Assembly: GCA_036785375.1 (NCBI GenBank) | Contig: JAWMAR010000352.1 | Span: 2,356,001-2,420,000, forward strand | From: Leucoraja ocellata | Taxonomy: Eukaryota | Direction of reading: 5' to 3' | Length of the DNA stretch: 64,000 bases | Part shown: positions 1 through 12,620 of the stretch, piece by piece | Position numbering within the stretch: the first letter of the stretch is position 1 | Layout of the letters: every line of letters starts with the position of its first letter | Made by a program: the position numbers and the translations under genes | The notes under the pieces: generated by a model | What the model was told of the DNA's origin: nothing | The model's database searches: none | The model's input: only the letters and a program-made list of their open reading frames with translations

Positions 1-1394
1 GGTATCATTCTCTGCGAGATGATCTTAGTGCAGGAGACAAGTGTAGGAGAGGTGTACTGACTGTGTGGGCAGAACTTTGGAAGTGATTGCCCACCATTCT
101 CAAAAGCCGCTGTGTCTCCCTGTCCCTCCAACTCCAGAGGAATCCGCTCCCCGATGGGCCGCTACGGTGACAAGTGGCAGTTCGCCCACAGCCCGAGCTG
201 CGCCCCCTCATTCGCAACCCGTGTTCCTCTGGAGTTGGAGCGGGGCTGGGCTAGAGTTGTTGCTGGCTGTGAGTCTCTGGGATCTCCGTGCTTGCAGTGG
301 GCCTGGGGGTCGGTGTCCCGATGAGGGGGCGCAGCCCGGGCTGTGGGCGAACTGCCACTTGTCGCTGTAGCGGCGCATCGGGGAGCGGCTTCTGGTGGTC
401 CTGACGTCTCTCAGCTCCTGTCCAGGGGGGTGGCCGGAGACGTCAGGACCAACAGGAACCCGCTCCCCGATGCGCCGCTACAGCGACAAGTGGCAGTTCG
501 CCCACAGCCCGAGCTGCGCCCCCTCATCCGCAACCCGGGTTCCTCTGGAGTTGGAGCGGGGCTGGGCTAGAGTTGCTGCTGGCTGTGAGTCTCTGGGATC
601 TCCGTGCTTGCAGTCGGTGTCCCGTTGGTCCTGACGTCTCTGGTCACCCCCCTGGAATGGAGCTGAGACTGGGAACTGTACCGCCCTTGCCCCCTCCCTC
701 TGCAACTGCAAACAACCCCACAGTTCCCAGTCTCAGCTCCTGTACAGAGGGGTGGCCGGAGACGTCACAGCCCGAGCCATCAGCTTCTGTCCCTACGGGG
801 ACAGCGGAGAGCGTGTTCCTCTGGAATTGGAACAGGGCTGGGCTGCTGCTGGCTGTGGGTCTCTGGGTTCTCCGTGCTTGCAGTGGGCCTGGGGGTCGGG
901 TCCTGACGTCTCCGGTGACTGGCACTGGCTCCAACGTGAAGACAGTGCAAAGCCCCCGCGCCGGTGCAATGGGCGGGGAGCTGGGGAGGGGAGGGAAGGG
1001 GTCACACACATGGCCGGGAAGCAGAGGGGTGTAGGTGGGGTGAAACTGAAGGGAGCGACAATTTGCTGCTGCCTGCCCGCTGAGTTAAAAAGTTCCCACG
1101 CAAGACTCACGATACACTGTGTATCGTGAGTCTACCATGGGAACTTTTTAACTCAGCGGGCAGGCAGCAGCAGATTGTCAATTATTAACCCTCCCGCGCA
1201 ATATACCCTCACCTTCTCTTTTATGAATGGGGATTTAGTTCCCCTTTCTTCGAGGACTGACCGGAGGCTCCGCTGTCACCTCTGCGGGCCACCCTCGATG
1301 AACGTTTTCAAGGACCTTTCTTCAAGGACTGAAAAAATGGAGGTTTTCGGAGGTTTTCGTTATTTGGATCAACGGATTAAAGGTTGTGCACCTG
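1..1394. mobile_element. Right part of a probable non-autonomous Tc1/mariner (Tigger-like) element with GC-rich internal tandem and inverted repeats
   Basis: Ends ...AAAGGTTGTGCACCTG followed by TA, then L1 sequence begins. Internal repeated blocks at 140-930 and a long palindrome at 1057-1179. The left TIR is not in the window. Confidence 0.5.
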
Positions 1395-1396
1395 TA

Positions 1397-3540
1397 TTCA
1401 GTTTATACCCCGAGTACTATCCATATGTTTCAAACAGGTTCATTAGATTTGGGAGACAGATATCTGGTCGTTCAAGAAAAATAATGATATCATCAGCAAA
1501 AAGACCAATGATATGTTCTTTCCCCCCTATTTTGACCCCTGCAGGTCTTCTCTCTGCCTTATTGCTTGTGCTAAGGGTTCAATATACAAAACGAAGAGAG
1601 TAGGAGAAAGACAGCATCCTTGCCTTGTGCCCCTCTCTAACTGGATCCTTTTTGATATGTTTCCATTTACCTTAATCCTAGCTGTAAGCTCCTGATATAT
1701 TGTTTTAATACACCGAATTGCATCTTCATTGAAACCAAATCTCCTTAGTGCTTCATATAACAACACCCAACTAACACTATCAAAGGCTTTTTCTGCATCT
1801 AAACTGAGCAGAACCATATTTGTATCCTTTTTTTGATCAATATCCACAATGTGGAGGGTTCTTCTAATATTATCCTGTTTTTGACGTCCCCGAATAAATC
1901 CAGTTTGATCTTCATTAATCAGATCTGGTACAAAAGTATGAGTGCAGGCAGGTGGGACTAAGGGAAAAAAAGTTGTTCGGCACGGACTTGTAGGGCCGAG
2001 ATGGCCTGTTTCTGTGCTGTAATTGTTATATGGTTATATGGTTAAAAGTCTCGAGTCTTTTGCAAATGATTGAGGTAAATAGTTTGTAGTCTACATTTAA
2101 AATTGAGATAGTCCTGAAATGTTTACGTTGCTCTTTGTCTTTGCCTTCCTTGGGTAAAATGGTAATAATTGCTTCCTTCCATGATGGGGGAGCCCTGCCC
2201 TCTTTAAGGGTTCAGTTAAAGCAAAACAGGAGCAGAGGTGTTAGCTCTTTCTTAAAGGCCTTGTACCATTCCGGTGGAAACCCATCGCTGCCTGGTGATT
2301 TACTAGCCTTAAGTCTACTGATTGCAGCTTCCAGCTCCTTAACTGAAAATTGTGACGTAATAGTATTATTTTGTGTCTCACCAATGGATGACAGGTCAAG
2401 TGAGTTAAGAAAATTTCTCATTGTCCTTTTGTCAGCTGATGGTGGTTTAGAATAGAGCTTCTTATAGTATTCTTCAAATATTCTTTCTATCTCATCTGGC
2501 TCATGTGATAATTGATTAGTTTCTTGGCAGCCAAGAAAATGATCCTAACAGACTGGAAATCATCTGCACCCCCCTGCTTCGAAAAATGGCTCAATGAAAT
2601 GATAATAACCATACAGATGGAAAGGATACGCATCTACAACTCCAAGGTACCAAACAACTTTTTAAGTGTTTGGGGACCATTTATCAACCATCTCAAAGTC
2701 CAATAATTTCATAAATTCATATTATCTGCAGTGATGTAGTACTGTGACCTTTACTTCTGCTTTTGCAATGCATGACTGTGTAGCACCATGTGGATTGTAC
2801 CAATACTGTTATGTCTGGCTGCTTTGTTTTATTTATTAATTTTTTTAATTATAATTTTTTTTTTCCTTCCTTTTTTTTTCCTGTTGTCTTTTTCAGTTTT
2901 TATTTATTTATTTTTTTGTTTGTTTTGTTCTGTTTTGTTAAAAAATTGTATAAAATAATAAAAAATATTAAAACATAATTGATTAGTTTTAGGATCTCTT
3001 TTTTTATGAATTGTATTAGAGGCCTGCTGTTTACGCAGGTGCCTGGCCAGGAGTCTAGTTGCTTTTGGACCTGCTTCATAATAGGTCTGCTTTACAAATA
3101 GAAACATAGAAATTAGGTGCAGATGTCAGGTCGATCAGCTTTCCACGTGTAACTGCCTTCATAGCATCCCACGGTATTACAGGATCCACATTATCATTCT
3201 CTTCTATGTACCTTTTTATTTCTTCCCTTATTTGTTCCACATTTGCCTTATTATTCAAAATACCCACATTGAGCCTCCAAACAGTATTTCTTTTTCTACT
3301 ATTCAGGTGTACTGTCAAGCTGATCGCACTGTGATCAGATACATCTGCCACCCCGATTTTACACTCTGTGATCCTGTTGATTTCACCCGTATTCATTAAA
3401 AAGTCGTCAATCCTGGTGAGGTTCTGAATAGTGTGTGTAGTCCCTTTCTGAAGGGTGAGTTCTCTCCAAACGTCAATTAAGCCCATTTCCTGCACTGATG
3501 TGTTAATAAACTTGGTCAGATGCATCTTGGTTGTTTTAGG
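1397..3540 (-). mobile_element. Degraded L1-clade LINE ORF2 (endonuclease and RT fragments)
   Basis: Peptides LIDVWR..RIDDFL..SDHS (EN), KSPGSDGFPPEWYK, and [26 protein letters not shown] (RT). Confidence 0.88.
2523..2974 (+). mobile_element. 5'-truncated L1 3' end inserted antisense into the older L1
   Basis: ORF2 C-terminus AAKKMILTDWKS..W..ERI..W.PF, T-rich 3' UTR, A-rich tail, and 15-bp TSD ataattgattagttt at 2508-2522 and 2975-2989. Confidence 0.82.
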
Positions 3541-3547
3541 CTTGTTG

Positions 3548-4585
3548 TAGCAATGTTACAAAATTTTGAGATTTAAAAAATCAAGTCTGCAATTTATCCC
3601 ATCAGATAAAGCATAAAAAGAAGTTGAATTTGACACCTAATTCACTTTCATATCTTCAGTATTAAAAAAGGTATGGCCATTTTCATTCTCAGAAATTAGC
3701 ATCTTGTTCCCTACTGCTTTTCTATTAACACAAAAGCTGTGATCAAGGGCAGTCAAATGGCCATAATTTTATTAAAAATTAAGAGAACTGAAAGAAATGT
3801 TCAGTTATTATAGATTGAAGCATTCTGAAACAAATATTAAACAATCTTACTTGGATGACCTGAAATTAAAGCATATAATTAGTTAGTTACCCAATTGTAG
3901 CAAATTCAAAAATTCAATTACTAGATCTAAACATCTATCCATTTCTTAAGAAAAGATTTACATTTCTAAATAGCCTAAATGTCCAAATAACATTCACACA
4001 AGAATTCACAATATAACATGATTTTAAAATCTCATTGTCATAAATTTATAGGCCAAATGGAAGGAATTTAGTGTTTAATTGCTGTGAATTAATGGCCATT
4101 TAAATCATCTTGCGAGTGGGATTTTGTGGAACGCATTGGTTTGGAACGTTACGGTTGCAGTCAATTTGACCCCATGTTGGCATGAAAAATACTGCCGATT
4201 CTGATGGGCTCCATGTCACCTTCTCGCAACATAAAATGTTGACTAAAGGCATCTTTAGAAGCACTTTTTTATGTAAAAATAAACAGCGTACCTTGCCTTG
4301 TCCCCTACGTGAGATCCGTCCCATTGTCGGCGTTCACGGCTTTAGAAGATGATTTTTAATTTACTCTAACAATTAAATGATCCAGCGCTAATTTTAATAA
4401 ACTTAATAAAACGGCAGTCGAAGCGATTTTTCTTTAGCAACGAAACAGCCTAACAGATATCGATTTGAATAGGCTGCAGAAAAATCGCATTTTAAACCCG
4501 CTCCCCTCTCAAAGGTGCCAAAGTCGCGCATACGGGCAGCGGCAGAACTGCATCACCGCTGAAGGTAAGTTTTGTAACATACCTA
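3548..4585. mobile_element. Non-autonomous TIR DNA transposon
   Basis: Imperfect TIRs TAGCAATGTTACAAAA / TTTTGTAACATACCTA flanked by direct repeat cttgttg (3541-3547, 4586-4592). Confidence 0.72.
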
Positions 4586-4779
4586 CTTGTTGTATCCAAA
4601 TTATGATTCATGACCACATTGAAGTCCCCTCCACATATCAAAATAACTTCAGTCTCTAAAGCAAAAATGTCAAACAGAGTTTTGAAAAAACATTTGGTAC
4701 TGTCTAGGTGGGGGGGGGAGGGGGGGCATATACATTGATCAGTGTCACTACTTTGTTTTCCATCTTTCCTTTAACTAAT

Positions 4780-5560
4780 ACATACCGTCACTTTGATCCC
4801 ACCACTGGTCACAGCTTCCCATCTTCATCCCTTTCTGGTTTCAACAGACCACACCTTCTGCAACTTCTTGTTTCAGTCATCCCTTCCCAACCAAACCACC
4901 CCTTCTCCAGCTACTTTCATCTGCACCCGCAGGAGATGTAACACCTGTGCCTGACCTAATCCCTCACATTTACCCAAGGATCTCAGCTGTCCTAAACATG
5001 AGACAAAGATTCATGTGCGTGTCCTTTAACCACCTCTGTTGTATTTGGTGTTCCTGCTGTGGCTTCCTGTATGGCGAGACCAGGTGTAGACTCGGTGATG
5101 GTTTCAATGAAGACTTGCGCTCAATCCACCAAGGCCTGGAGTTCCCAGTGATTAACCATTTTAACTCCCCCTCCAATTCCCATATTGACCTTTCTGTGCT
5201 GGGCCTCCTCTATTGCCACAGTGAGGCCACACACAAACTGGAGGAACAGTACTTTATATTCTGCTTGGGCAGCCTACAACCTGATGGTTTGAACATTGAA
5301 TTCACAAGTTTTAGGTAACTAACCTACAAACAATTCCCATACTCGCCACTTCTTTATCTCCTTCCCTCATTACAACCTCTATCACAATCCGCACATCCTC
5401 TGTCCTTATCACTCATCTTTTGTTTTATTTTCATATCTGACCAAAGTGAAACAATCTGCCTATCAATCATCCCCACCTGTATCTACCTATCACTCAACAG
5501 GTCTTGTCCTGATCCAGTTTTCTCCCCACTCTAATCAGTCTAAATGTAGGTAGACCCAGT
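4780..5560 (+). mobile_element. Penelope-like element fragment (GIY-YIG C-terminus and 3' region)
   Basis: CSCCGFLYGETRCRLGD...HFNSPS...[20 protein letters not shown] is typical of the GIY-YIG end of Penelope-like elements. Confidence 0.75.
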
Positions 5561-7392
5561 TTCTCAAAATCCCCCCCCAGTAACTTCCCCAATACATGAC
5601 CTGTGCCTAACAATGATGCAAGTATATCTCCCAGATCCACTGCAATTTTACCCTGGCTTCCCACAATATCCTGGGAACACATAGTTAGGCCTCAGGGAAT
5701 TATCCACCTTAGATGGACATAGAAAACATTTTTAAAATAGGTGCAGGAGTAGGGCATTTGGCCCTTCGACCAAGCACCGCCATTCAATATGATCATGGCT
5801 GATCATCTAAAATCAGTACCCAATTCCTGCTTTTTCCATAAATCCTTTGATTTCTTTAGCCCTAAGATCGAAATCTAACGCTCTCTTGGATACATCCAGT
5901 GAATTGGCCTCCACTGCCTCCTGTGGCAGAGAATTCCACAAATTCACAACTCTCTGGATGAAAAAGGTTTTCATAATCTCAGTCTCAAATGGCCTACCCA
6001 TTATTCTCAAACAGTGACCCCTGTTTCTTGACTCCTCCAACATCAGGAACATTTTTTCTGCATCAAGCCTGTCGAATCCATTAAGAACTTTATATGTTTT
6101 TATAAGATGCCCTCTCATCCTTCTAAATTCCAGTGAATATGAGCCCAGTCGAGCAATTTCTTCCATTCTATGTCAGTACCGCCATGCCGGGAATGAGCGT
6201 AGTGAACCTATGCTGCACTCCCTCAATAGCAATAATGTACTTCCACAAATTAGGAGACCGAAAAATGCACATAATACTCCAGGTGCGGTCTCAACAGGGC
6301 CATGTACAACTGCAGTAGGACCACCTTGTTCGTAAATTCAAATCCTCACAATGAAGGCTAAAATGTCGTTAGCTTTCTTCACTGCTTGCTGTAGGAGCAT
6401 GCTTACTTTCAGTAACTGATATACAAGCACACCCAGGTCTCCTTGCACCTCCCATTTTCCTAATCTGATGCCATTAAGATAATAATCTGCCTTCCTGTTC
6501 TGGCTACCGATGTGGATAATCTCACATTTATCCACATTATACTGCATCTGCCATGCATCTGCCCACTCACCCAACGTATCCAAGTCACTCTGCAGCGTCA
6601 TAGCATCTTCCTCGCAGCTCACACTTCTGCCCATAGAAACATAGAAAATAGGTGCAGAAGGAGGCAATTTGGTCCTTCGAGCCAGCACCGCCATTCATTG
6701 TGATCATGGCTGATCGTCCCAAATCAATAACCCGTGCCTGCTTTCTCCCCATATCCCTTACTACCACTAGCCCCTAGGCAGGGAATTCCACAAATTCACA
6801 AATCTCTGGGTGAAAACGTTTTTTTCTCACCTGAGTCTTAGATGGCCCCCCCCTTTATTCTAAGACTGTGGCCCCTGGTTCTGGATTCGCCCAACATTGG
6901 GAACATTTTTCCGGCATCTATCTTACCAGTCCTTTTATAATTTTATATGGTTCTATAAGAACCCCCCCCCCCCCCCCATCCTTCTAAACTCCAGTGAATA
7001 CAAGCCTAGTCTTTTCAATCTTTCCTCATATGACATTCCCGCCATCCCAGGGATCAATCTCGTAAACCTACGCTGCACTGCCTCAATCACAAGGATGTCT
7101 GCCCTCAAATTAGGAGTCCAAAACTGTACACAATACTCCAGAAGTGGTCTTACCAGAGCCCTATACAACTGCAGAAGAACCTCTTTACTGCTTTACTGAA
7201 ATCCTCTTGTTATGAAGGTCAACATTCCATTAGCTTTCCTCATTGCCTGCTGTTCCTGCTTTCAGTGACTGGTGTACAAGGACACCCAAATCTCACTGCA
7301 CCTCCACGTTACCTAACCTAACCCCATTGAGATAATAATCTGCCCCCTTGTTTTTGCCGCCAAAGTGGATAACCTCACATTTATCTATATTA

Positions 7393-9090
7393 CTAGACTA
7401 AGTGGGACCCATTGGGTCCCAGCATCACACGGCAGGGCTGGTCACCAATGCAATATTCCACCTCCCCACCAATTCCAATATTGCTCGCCAGTGGGTGTGG
7501 GGGGGGGGGGGGGGTCTGTTGCACTAGTATGGGTGTTGTGGGCTGAAGGTACTTGTTTCCAGAGGGCTAGTATTGACATTGTGGGCCGAATGGATTCTTG
7601 GGCTGCCAGCCAACTGATGCAATGATTAAAAGCCAAGCCAAGGCAAACAATTTGGCTGCAGCCACCCGACAACCAAAATTCATTTTGTGAACACAAACTT
7701 GTTAAAAAGGCGAGGCAAACAATTGGGCAGCAGCCACCTTACAGCCGCATCGAGGGGACTCATGTGGAGTAGACGTGCATTCAAAGGAGGAGGAGCCATC
7801 TTGGGGAACGGCTGCTAACCAGCAGCCGTCCGTTTAATTCATTTTTTTCAGTTTTTAGTTAGTCTTGTTCTTGTTTGTTCGGAGAAATGGACTTCTTAAT
7901 GTGGGGGGTAAGGAGGTAATTTTACTTCTAGGTCCCTACCTGGTCGGTGAGGCAGCTTTTTCTCCGGGCTGCCCCGTCGACCCGTCCTCGTGGCCTACCA
8001 GCGGGCGTGGAGCGCCGTTTCCTGGCGGGGACCGCCCAGCACCTCGGCTTCGGTGGCGGCACAGCACTGGAGCGATATCGCGGAGCGGGGCAGGCGATGC
8101 CTTGCCTGGGTCGCCGCGCTAGATCGACGCACTGGAGCTCCGGTGAGCTGGAACGCCGTGATCAACACCTCCGGGCTGCTGGGCTGCGGAGCAGAGCGGG
8201 CGGCGCCGACATTAACATCGGGAGCCTGGGAGCTCCAACCCGGTGCGTCCTTGTCGGCTTCGGGAGCCGACAATCCCCTGCTAGGAAGTGGCCGTTCCAG
8301 GTGGCCCAGCCGCTGTGAGGACTCTCCCGATGCCGGGGCAACACCACCCGGCCATAACTGCCAGGAACATCGGTTCTCCATAGAGGCAACAGTGGTGGCC
8401 TCAATAGGCCTGACTTTTGGAGGAACTGGGGTTGGGGACTGGATTTTGTGCCTTCCCGCACAGTGGTAACCACTGTGGGGGATGATTTTTTTGTGTGTAA
8501 GTTACTTTGATAGTCTGTGTCCAAGATGGCTGTGAGAAGGGAGAGTGGACGCTGGCACGTTTTAGCTGCCGCTGCTCTCTCTTCACATTGTGTTTTTTTA
8601 TTTTTTTTTATTTTGTGTCTTTGGAGCGATTTCTATCTTTAATTTGTGTATTGATGATGTCCTTATCATTTATTTTCCTCCGACTATATGTTTTTTTCTC
8701 TTCTGTTAATCTTTGTAAGGTATCCTTGAGATTTGAAAGGCGCCCGAAAATAAAATTTATTATTATTATTATTAGTGTGTTTCGCAGCACAGAGAGCCAT
8801 GACCCTCTCGCTTCCTGGGTCTGGCAGAGATTGAGTGAGGGTCTACTCTTCCGTGTTTTATAGTCCCGCCCCCCCTGCCACCAACCGGGGCATCAGAGAG
8901 AATAGGGATTTTTTTTTAAAACATTACTATATCTCTGATTTTTCATGGATGGGAAAAACCCCCCAGTCCCGGAAGGCGAGGGGGGCTCTGAGCGAGGAGG
9001 CTATAAATGACGGCCGTAGGTGGCGGCGTTCTCTCGGAAATCACACCACAGCGATCCAGAAGCAGTCAAGATCAGACTTTTAGTAATAGA
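7393..9090 (-). mobile_element. Non-autonomous Helitron
   Basis: On the minus strand: 5' TC(TATTACTAAAAG) at 9090; 3' hairpin GGGACCC-AAT-GGGTCCC followed by ACTTAGT-CTAG ending at 7393. Inserted between A and T without a TSD; removing it restores the CR1 sequence tatatta|tactgca. Confidence 0.85.
7784..8773 (+). mobile_element. GC-rich unclassified repeat with an L2-type 3' tail, nested in the Helitron
   Basis: Body is similar to 14377-15230 (opposite strand). Ends gtaaggtatccttgag...gaaaggcgccc...aataaaatt(tat)n, matching the L2 tail at ~56940-56995. Confidence 0.6.
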
Positions 9091-10883
9091 TACTGCACCT
9101 GCCCCCGCATATACTGCATCTAACACAACTTTGTGTCATCCGCAAACTTGGAGATGTTACATTTATTTCCGTTGTCAAAATCATTAATATATATTTAAAT
9201 AACTGGGGTCCCAGCATCGAGCCTTGCAGCACCCTACTAAACACTGCCTGCCATTCCGAAAAGGACCCATTAATTCCTACTCTTTGATTCCTGTCTGCCA
9301 ACCAGAAGATTATTCAAGCATGATTTCCATATAACCATATAACCATATAACAATTACAGCACGGAAACAGGCCATCTCGACCCTTCTAGTCCGTACCGAA
9401 CACATAATCTCCCCTAGTCCCATATACCTGCGCTCAGACCATAACACTCCATTCCCTTCCCATCCATATAACTATCCAAATTATTTTTAAATGATAAAAA
9501 CGAACCTGCCTCCACCACCTTCACTGGAAGCTCATTCCACACAGCTACCACTCTCTGAGTAAAGAAGTTCCCCCTCATGTTACCCCTAAACTTCAGTCCC
9601 TTAATTCTCATGTCATGTTCCCTTGTTTGAATCTTCCCTACTCTCAGTGGGAAAAGCTTTTCCCCTTCATAAATCCATGCTGACTGACTGAACCTGTCAC
9701 TGCTTTCCAAATGTGCTGCTAGGCATCTTTAATAATCGACTCAAGAATCTTCCCCACTCCCAATGTAAGGATAACTGGTCTGTGATCTCCCTCCGTTCCT
9801 TAAACGTGGAGATACATTAGCTACCGTTCAGTCCACAGGTACTGACCCAGAGTCTATAGTCATTGGAGAATGATCACCAATGCATCCATGATTTCTAAAG
9901 CCTTCTCCCTGAGTACTCTGTGATGCAGACCATCAGGCTCTGGGGATTTATCTGCCTTCAGTCCCAACAGATTAACTAATACCATTTCCTGACTAATGTG
10001 GATTCCCTTTAGTTCCTCCCTCCCACTAGATCCTCGGCCTCCTAGTATTCCTGGAGATTGGTTCTGTCTTCACCAAGGAAGATACAAAGTATTTCCCTGT
10101 TTGGCATTATAAATAATCCCATTTCCCTGTTTCCCATTATAAATTCACCTGTCTCTGATTGTAAGGGACCTACATTTGTCTTCACTAATCTTTTCCTTTT
10201 TACATATCTAAAGGGGCTTTTACAGTCAGTTGTTTATACCCCGCAAGCTTTTTTTCATGCTCTTATTCCCATCTTTATTTAACCCCTTTGTCCTCCTCTG
10301 TTGAATTCTAAATGTAGATGCCTTTTCCTTGATTTCCCTCATTTGCCACGGTTCAGCCGCCTTCCCCATTTTATTTTTTCGTCAGACAGGGATGAACAAT
10401 TTTTTGGAGTCATCCATTCGATCTTTAAATCTTTCGATTGCATCTTCACCGTCAACACTTCAAGTATAATTTGCCCGTCTATCCTAGCCAATTCCCGTCT
10501 CAAACCATCAATGTCTCCTTTCTTTAAGTTCAGGACCCTAGTCTCCAAATTAACCGTGTCACTCTCTATCCTAGGTCAAGTTTAAGTGACTCTATTGTCA
10601 TGTGTCTCTGATAGGACAATTAAATTTTTGCTTTGCATCAGCGCAACAGAACATAGTTGGCATGGACAACAAAACAGATCAGTGTGTCCATATACCATTA
10701 TATAAATATATACACACATGAATAAATAAACTAATGAAGTGCAAATAACAGATAATGGGCTATTAATGTTCAGAGTTTTGTCTGAGCCAAGTTTAATAAC
10801 CTGATGGCTGTGGGGAAGTAGCTATTCCTTAACCTAGTCATTGCAGTCTTCAGGCTCCTGTACCTTCTACCTGAAAGTATCAG

Positions 10884-12620
10884 CAGGGCTGCCAACATTG
10901 GGTGAGAGTTGGGAGTGAGAAATTGCGAGAGACCAAGCCCAAGGGAACATAGCGAACATCTCTCTCCTCTCTCCCTCTCTGTTTCTCCTTTCACCCCTCT
11001 CTCTCCCCTGTCTCCCCCTCTCACTCTCTCCCCTTTCTTCTATCTTCTCTCTCCCCCCTCTCTCTCCCCCCTCTCCCCCCCTCTCTCTCCTCTCTCACCC
11101 TCTCTCTCCCATTTCTCTCCCCCTCTCTCTCTTCCCCCTCTCCGTCCCACCTCACTCAACCAAGTCCTCTCTTTCTTCTCTCTCTCCCCCTCTTCTCTCG
11201 CTCCCCCCCCTCTCTCTCCTCTCTCTCCCCCTCACATCCCCCTCTCTCTGCCCCCTTCTCTCTCTTTCTCCCTCCCTCTCTATCTCCCCATCTCTCCCTC
11301 NNNNNNNNNNNNNNNNNNNNNNNNNNNNNNNNNNNNNNNNNNNNNNNNNNNNNNNNNNNNNNNNNNNNNNNNNNNNNNNNNNNNNNNNNNNNNNNNNNNN
11401 NNNNNNNNNNNNNNNNNNNNNNNNNNNNNNNNNNNNNNNNNNNNNNNCCTCACTACCCCCTGGCTCCTCTCCCCTCTCTCTTTCTCCTCTGTCTCTATCT
11501 CCTCTTTCTCTTTGCCCCCCCCCATCTCTCTCTTTCCCCCGTTTCTCTCCTTCCCCCTCTCTCCCTCTTCCCCCTCTCTCCCATTCCCTCCTACCCTCGC
11601 CACTCCCTCTCTCTCTTCCCTCTTTCGTCCTTCTCACCCCTCTCTCTCCCCCCCCTACCACCTCACTCTCCCCCACCCCTTTCTCCCCTACCTTTCCCCT
11701 CTCCCTCTTCTCTCTCTCCATTCACCCCCGCCCTCTGTCTCTCCCCCCTCTCTCTCTCCCCCCACTGTCTCCCTGTCTCCTTCCCCCCTCTCTCTCTCTC
11801 CACCTCCCTTTGACAGTCTGTCCCTTCGGCACAGAGACTCTCGCGGCAGTGGCCCTTCCGACGCCTCCGACGACCCGGGACACTCGCACTGTCCGGAGCG
11901 CTCCATGGCCGAAGCTGCAGCGAGCGACTCGCTAGCCCCGCAAACACTCGTCAGCCCCGCAAACTCACCAGCCCCGGCTCCCCTCATCTGTATCCTCCCG
12001 CTGCTTCCATCCCTCAGTTATGCAACATGTACATGGCTGGCACAATTTGTCCATGATGATTAAGTTGGCATTCTGCGTGCCCAGTGACTGGCTGCCGTTC
12101 CCAGATCAGCTCGCGTCCCAGGGACTGGCTGCAGTTCTCAGGTCGGCTCGCCTGCCCCGACCCCCCAAAAACGAATTGAAAAAAATAAACGCGTTTTTTC
12201 GGGTTACGGGCCGAAAACCCGTATATTGCATCTTGGGAACAGTTTGCAAAAGATCTAAACACACTATTGAGGACTGCTCGTGTTTACACTTAATTAATAA
12301 TCCATGGCCATTCCGAAACACCCTCTCCCCCCCCCCCCCCCCCAGGTTTTACAACTGATTCACCTGGTTAGTTCCATCTCCGGCTGCTTCATGTTGTCGG
12401 CGGCTGCACATCCAACCAAGAAGGAGAAGAGGCGCAACGTCACTCTCAGCCGCCAACTGATGCGCTTCCCCGGACCGCACAGATCCCTGGCACGCGGCGC
12501 TAAGGGACAAATTGCGCAGGGACTGAACTCAGCGTGAGAACTCAGTCGTGAGCGTGAGGGCGTGAGAAATTGCTCCAGGGCGTGAGTCTCACGTCGAAAG
12601 CGTGAGAGTTGGCAGCCCTG
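10884..12620. mobile_element. Non-autonomous TIR transposon (hAT- or P-like ends) containing a long CT-rich tract and a gap
   Basis: Perfect 13-bp TIR CAGGGCTGCCAAC / GTTGGCAGCCCTG, 7-bp direct repeat gtatcag at 10877-10883 and 12621-12627, and subterminal gtgag repeats. Confidence 0.85.
11301..11447. other. Assembly gap within a polypyrimidine low-complexity tract (10960-11810)
   Basis: Run of N. Confidence 0.99.

Larger units (their letters stand above)
5717..10575 (-). mobile_element. Stacked CR1 (HER1-like) LINE fragments, interrupted by a Helitron and by another CR1 3' end (9328-9660)
   Basis: CR1 RT C-terminal peptides ([21 protein letters not shown]), (catagaaa)n tails at ~5717 and ~6632, and a (taaccata)n tail at ~9328. 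Confidence 0.85.

Noticed and set aside
5-1129. Several overlapping 70-150 aa ORFs
   Set aside because: GC-rich internal repeats of a non-autonomous element; no recognisable domain.
10909-12063. 384-aa Pro/Ser/Leu-rich ORF and overlapping Glu/Arg/Gly ORFs
   Set aside because: Translation of a CT-rich low-complexity tract spanning an N gap inside a transposon.
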